Assembly (NCBI GenBank): GCA_044450345.1 | Contig: JBIOIY010000011.1 | Location: 1-59,574, forward strand | Length of the DNA stretch: 59,574 nt | DNA from: Thermodesulfovibrionales bacterium | Lineage (GTDB): Bacteria > Nitrospirota > Thermodesulfovibrionia > Thermodesulfovibrionales > UBA6898 | Reading direction: 5' to 3' | Shown here: piece after piece, positions 57,226-59,574 of the stretch | Numbering within the stretch: position 1 is the first letter of the stretch | Layout of the letters: each line of letters opens with the position of its first letter | Position numbers and translations under genes: made by a program | Notes under the pieces: model-generated | What the model was told of the DNA's origin: nothing | What the model saw: only the letters and a program-made list of their open reading frames with translations | Databases searched by the model: none

Positions 57226-57540
57226 ATGGCCTTAAAAAATGCAACATCGAGGACAATAAAGCCGACTCATCCCGGCGAGATGCTCCGGGAGGACTTTATG
57301 CCGGATTATGGGTTGACCGTAACCGCGCTTGCCAAGAATTTAGGGGTATCGCGCCAGACGATAAATGAGCTTTTACGCGAACGCCGGTCGATCACGCCCG
57401 ACATGGCATTGCGTTTATCACGCCTGTTCAAGAACTCTCCGGAATTTTGGCTTAATGCCCAGAGGGCGGTCGATCTGTGGACGGCCCAAAAAAACAGGAA
57501 GAAAGAGCTCGATCGTATAAAACCACTCCACGCGGCATGA
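57226..57540 (+). CDS. higA: HigA antitoxin (HTH)
   Basis: PTHPGEMLREDF, ITPDMALRL, PEFWLNAQ. Confidence 0.93.
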   Translation: MALKNATSRTIKPTHPGEMLREDFMPDYGLTVTALAKNLGVSRQTINELLRERRSITPDMALRLSRLFKNSPEFWLNAQRAVDLWTAQKNRKKELDRIKPLHAA

Positions 57541-57754
57541 TTTTTTGTGACGTTTTGGTGTCATGGTTTTTTTTCTTAGTGCCACTTTGCGGCTTTGCGC
57601 TTTACCGTTTTCACTATTCACTGTTCACTATTCACCATTTACTGCCGTCGCCCCCTCCCCTTGGTCCGGCCCGCCATTGGAGCAAAAGCAAAGAATAAAG
57701 ACAGGCACCGCTACGACTATTCCCCGGCCGTTGGATTTGCTTGCACATCATATT

Positions 57755-58384
57755 CTATCCGAGTTGAGTTGCCACCTTATCAATTATTTTGAGGTAGTCA
57801 GAAAGGTAGTAAGATGTTGATCCCGTTGGTCTCAGAAGCAGGAATTCGCCTGGACGCGGCACTTTTAAGGGATTGGTTCCGTAATGACGTCTTACGGTTT
57901 TCAAATATTCCGCATGAGATTCCTTTGACATATGGGCGATATGATTACGCATTCGTTTAAGGTCGCGAAGTGCCTCTATATTTGCTGTGATAACATCTTT
58001 AATGGGGTAGCCAGCTTCGAGATAAGTTTCTGCCCGCCCAACCAAGTTATCCGGACTACTCCAGTCAAGAAATGGCATTGACGATTGAAGTAATTCTTCG
58101 GCGTGAATCATAGTTTTTGGTTTAAGAAAGGGGTGGACAAGTTTGCGTTTATTAGGCTGGATACCACAACAGTATAAAACAAAAATATTTCTCATAAATT
58201 GCTCATATGATCTAAAAGCAGCAAAAAAAATTGCTTCTGTGAGTACATGAAGCTGCGTCTTTGTAAGGACCGCTTTATTAGAACCGCTCGCAAAAAATTG
58301 ACTTTGATTTAGGGCATCAAGTTTGCTCAACGATGCCAGTTGAGCCTTCAGTTCCAACAGACACTTAGCAGGGGTCGTCTTCAT
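57755..58384 (-). CDS. HEPN-domain protein (putative RNase effector)
   Basis: N-terminal E (RSYEQF) and RNHIAH Rx4H motif. Confidence 0.75.
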   Translation of the reverse strand: MKTTPAKCLLELKAQLASLSKLDALNQSQFFASGSNKAVLTKTQLHVLTEAIFFAAFRSYEQFMRNIFVLYCCGIQPNKRKLVHPFLKPKTMIHAEELLQSSMPFLDWSSPDNLVGRAETYLEAGYPIKDVITANIEALRDLKRMRNHIAHMSKESHAEYLKTVRRHYGTNPLKVPRPGEFLLLRPTGSTSYYLSDYLKIIDKVATQLG

Positions 58385-58387
58385 AAA

Positions 58388-59435
58388 TTACTGAACGTAT
58401 GCCTTCAGCTTTTTACATACAAAATTGGACCGTTCAATTCGTGACGAGGTGTCTGTGGTTGCGCGACGTGAGCGCTCTATAAATTGCCTATAGTCTTTCG
58501 GAGCATCTGGATTATCCATATCTTCGGAAACCTCGTCATATTTGCTACTAATCTCGTTAAGGCAAATTCTAGCCTGGCCGAGCTGTTTACTTTTAAGCGG
58601 TACTCTAAGTTTTTTGTCTAGCCCACCGAGGCCATAGAGACAATGTGTAACACTCACAAACAACGTATAAAAAAGATGTATTCTAGACCAGTTTGTGTTT
58701 AGTAATTCTTCTGGAGGATATAGCTCACCTATATGGGTCATGGTATGATCGAACTTTTCCACTGCCTGTTGGAGGTCAGCCTCATCATCTTCATATTTTT
58801 TGTAGAATTGTTCTATAGACTTGTTGGATTGGACACCTCCGACGATCGCCATCAACAAATCACCGCTAAGTTCAGCTTCAGCCATTCTCGTGACCTTTGC
58901 CTTTGTTAAGATTCCGGCGCGGAGAAAATAATTCACATATTTGAGGCCAAGATGATATGCGGCTTGTTTGAAATAGCCAAGGTATTTGGCATTTAGAAGC
59001 TCCTGCTTGTTCAATGTTACTGTATACGAATTTATTCTAGTGAAGATGTCCAAAATATCTTCATAGGAAAGATTAAATAAAAGGTCCACCCCAAGTTCGT
59101 ATTTCAAGAAGTCTTTCTGTAAGTCTGGCGCAAGCCCGCCAAATCGTTTTCCTGCTGCTGCTACGTTATGAGCGCGGGAAATAGCAAAGTCACCATTTAT
59201 ATATTCTAAAATGGCACGAAGCCTTTGTTGTCCGTCAACAACGACCCGCACAGTCCTAGATTCGTCTAGCCGTTGACTGATTAATATTTTGGGGATCGGT
59301 CGTCCACGTATAATAGTGTCTATTAGGTACGACTTCGCCTTTTCTGACCAGACGGCTCTTCGCTGAAAATCTTGGCTCAATTCGAGAAGATTATTGCGGT
59401 TCCATTCATGGAAATCAGATATGCTGTAGACCCTA
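58388..59435 (-). pseudogene. DUF262 (GmrS/ParB-like) protein, 5' end disrupted by IS630
   Basis: FQRRAVW, VVDGQQRL, IFTRINS motifs. The frame stays open and family-like (RVYSISDFHEW) up to the IS junction, with no start codon before TTG 59380. Confidence 0.8.
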
Positions 59436-59574
59436 GTGTTATGTCCCTTAAATAGCTGGTGTTATATTGCGTTTTGTGATAGACTGTCAGCATGTCACGA
59501 CATGCTATGCAGGTAACCCTAAGCGAAACGGATAGCCAAGAATTGAAACGGTGGGTGGGTGCTCACCGCACACC
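59434..59574 (+). mobile_element. IS630-family element, left end (truncated by window)
   Basis: (C)TA-GTGTTATGTCCC end at a TA target; ORF from ATG 59492 MSRHAMQVTLSETDSQELKRWVGAHRT matches the style of IS630 transposase N-termini. Confidence 0.8.

Noticed and set aside
1..59574. CRISPR array, tRNA or rRNA genes
   Set aside because: No regularly spaced repeat-spacer units and no cloverleaf or rRNA signatures seen by eye; the repeats found are dispersed REP-like or heptameric.

Overview
About 59.6 kb of bacterial chromosome, cut at both ends inside insertion sequences. Gene style and content (cdaA-cdaR-glmM, a DsrC/TusE-family gene, DUF3786 Fe-S proteins, short PheT) suggest an anaerobic diderm, possibly Nitrospirota/Thermodesulfovibrionia; this is inference. 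Housekeeping blocks are cdaA-cdaR-glmM-comEC (comEC split by a frameshift), fabG-acpP-fabF-rnc and thrS-infC-rpmI-rplT-pheS-pheT. Accessory content includes a 1861-aa CheB/CheR/PAS/GAF/PocR hybrid kinase with a response regulator, an RND+TolC+ABC efflux cluster, large secreted proteins, REP/MITE-like repeats, and a right-end defence patch (higBA, DUF262+HEPN) hit by an IS630 element. The most interesting unannotated signals are: (1) a small membrane ORF at 33329-33526 with an in-frame UGA inside a SECIS-like hairpin (candidate new selenoprotein); (2) a candidate tiny anti-SD, C-rich sRNA just upstream, behind 11-bp-periodic repeats; (3) a DsrC/TusE-like gene whose UGA stop is followed in frame by the family-like tail TGCT*; (4) an apparent AUC start for thrS next to an AUA start for infC; (5) a shared C-terminal domain on two unrelated secreted proteins; (6) many apparently leaderless genes. 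All calls come from reading the sequence; no database searches or folding programs were run.
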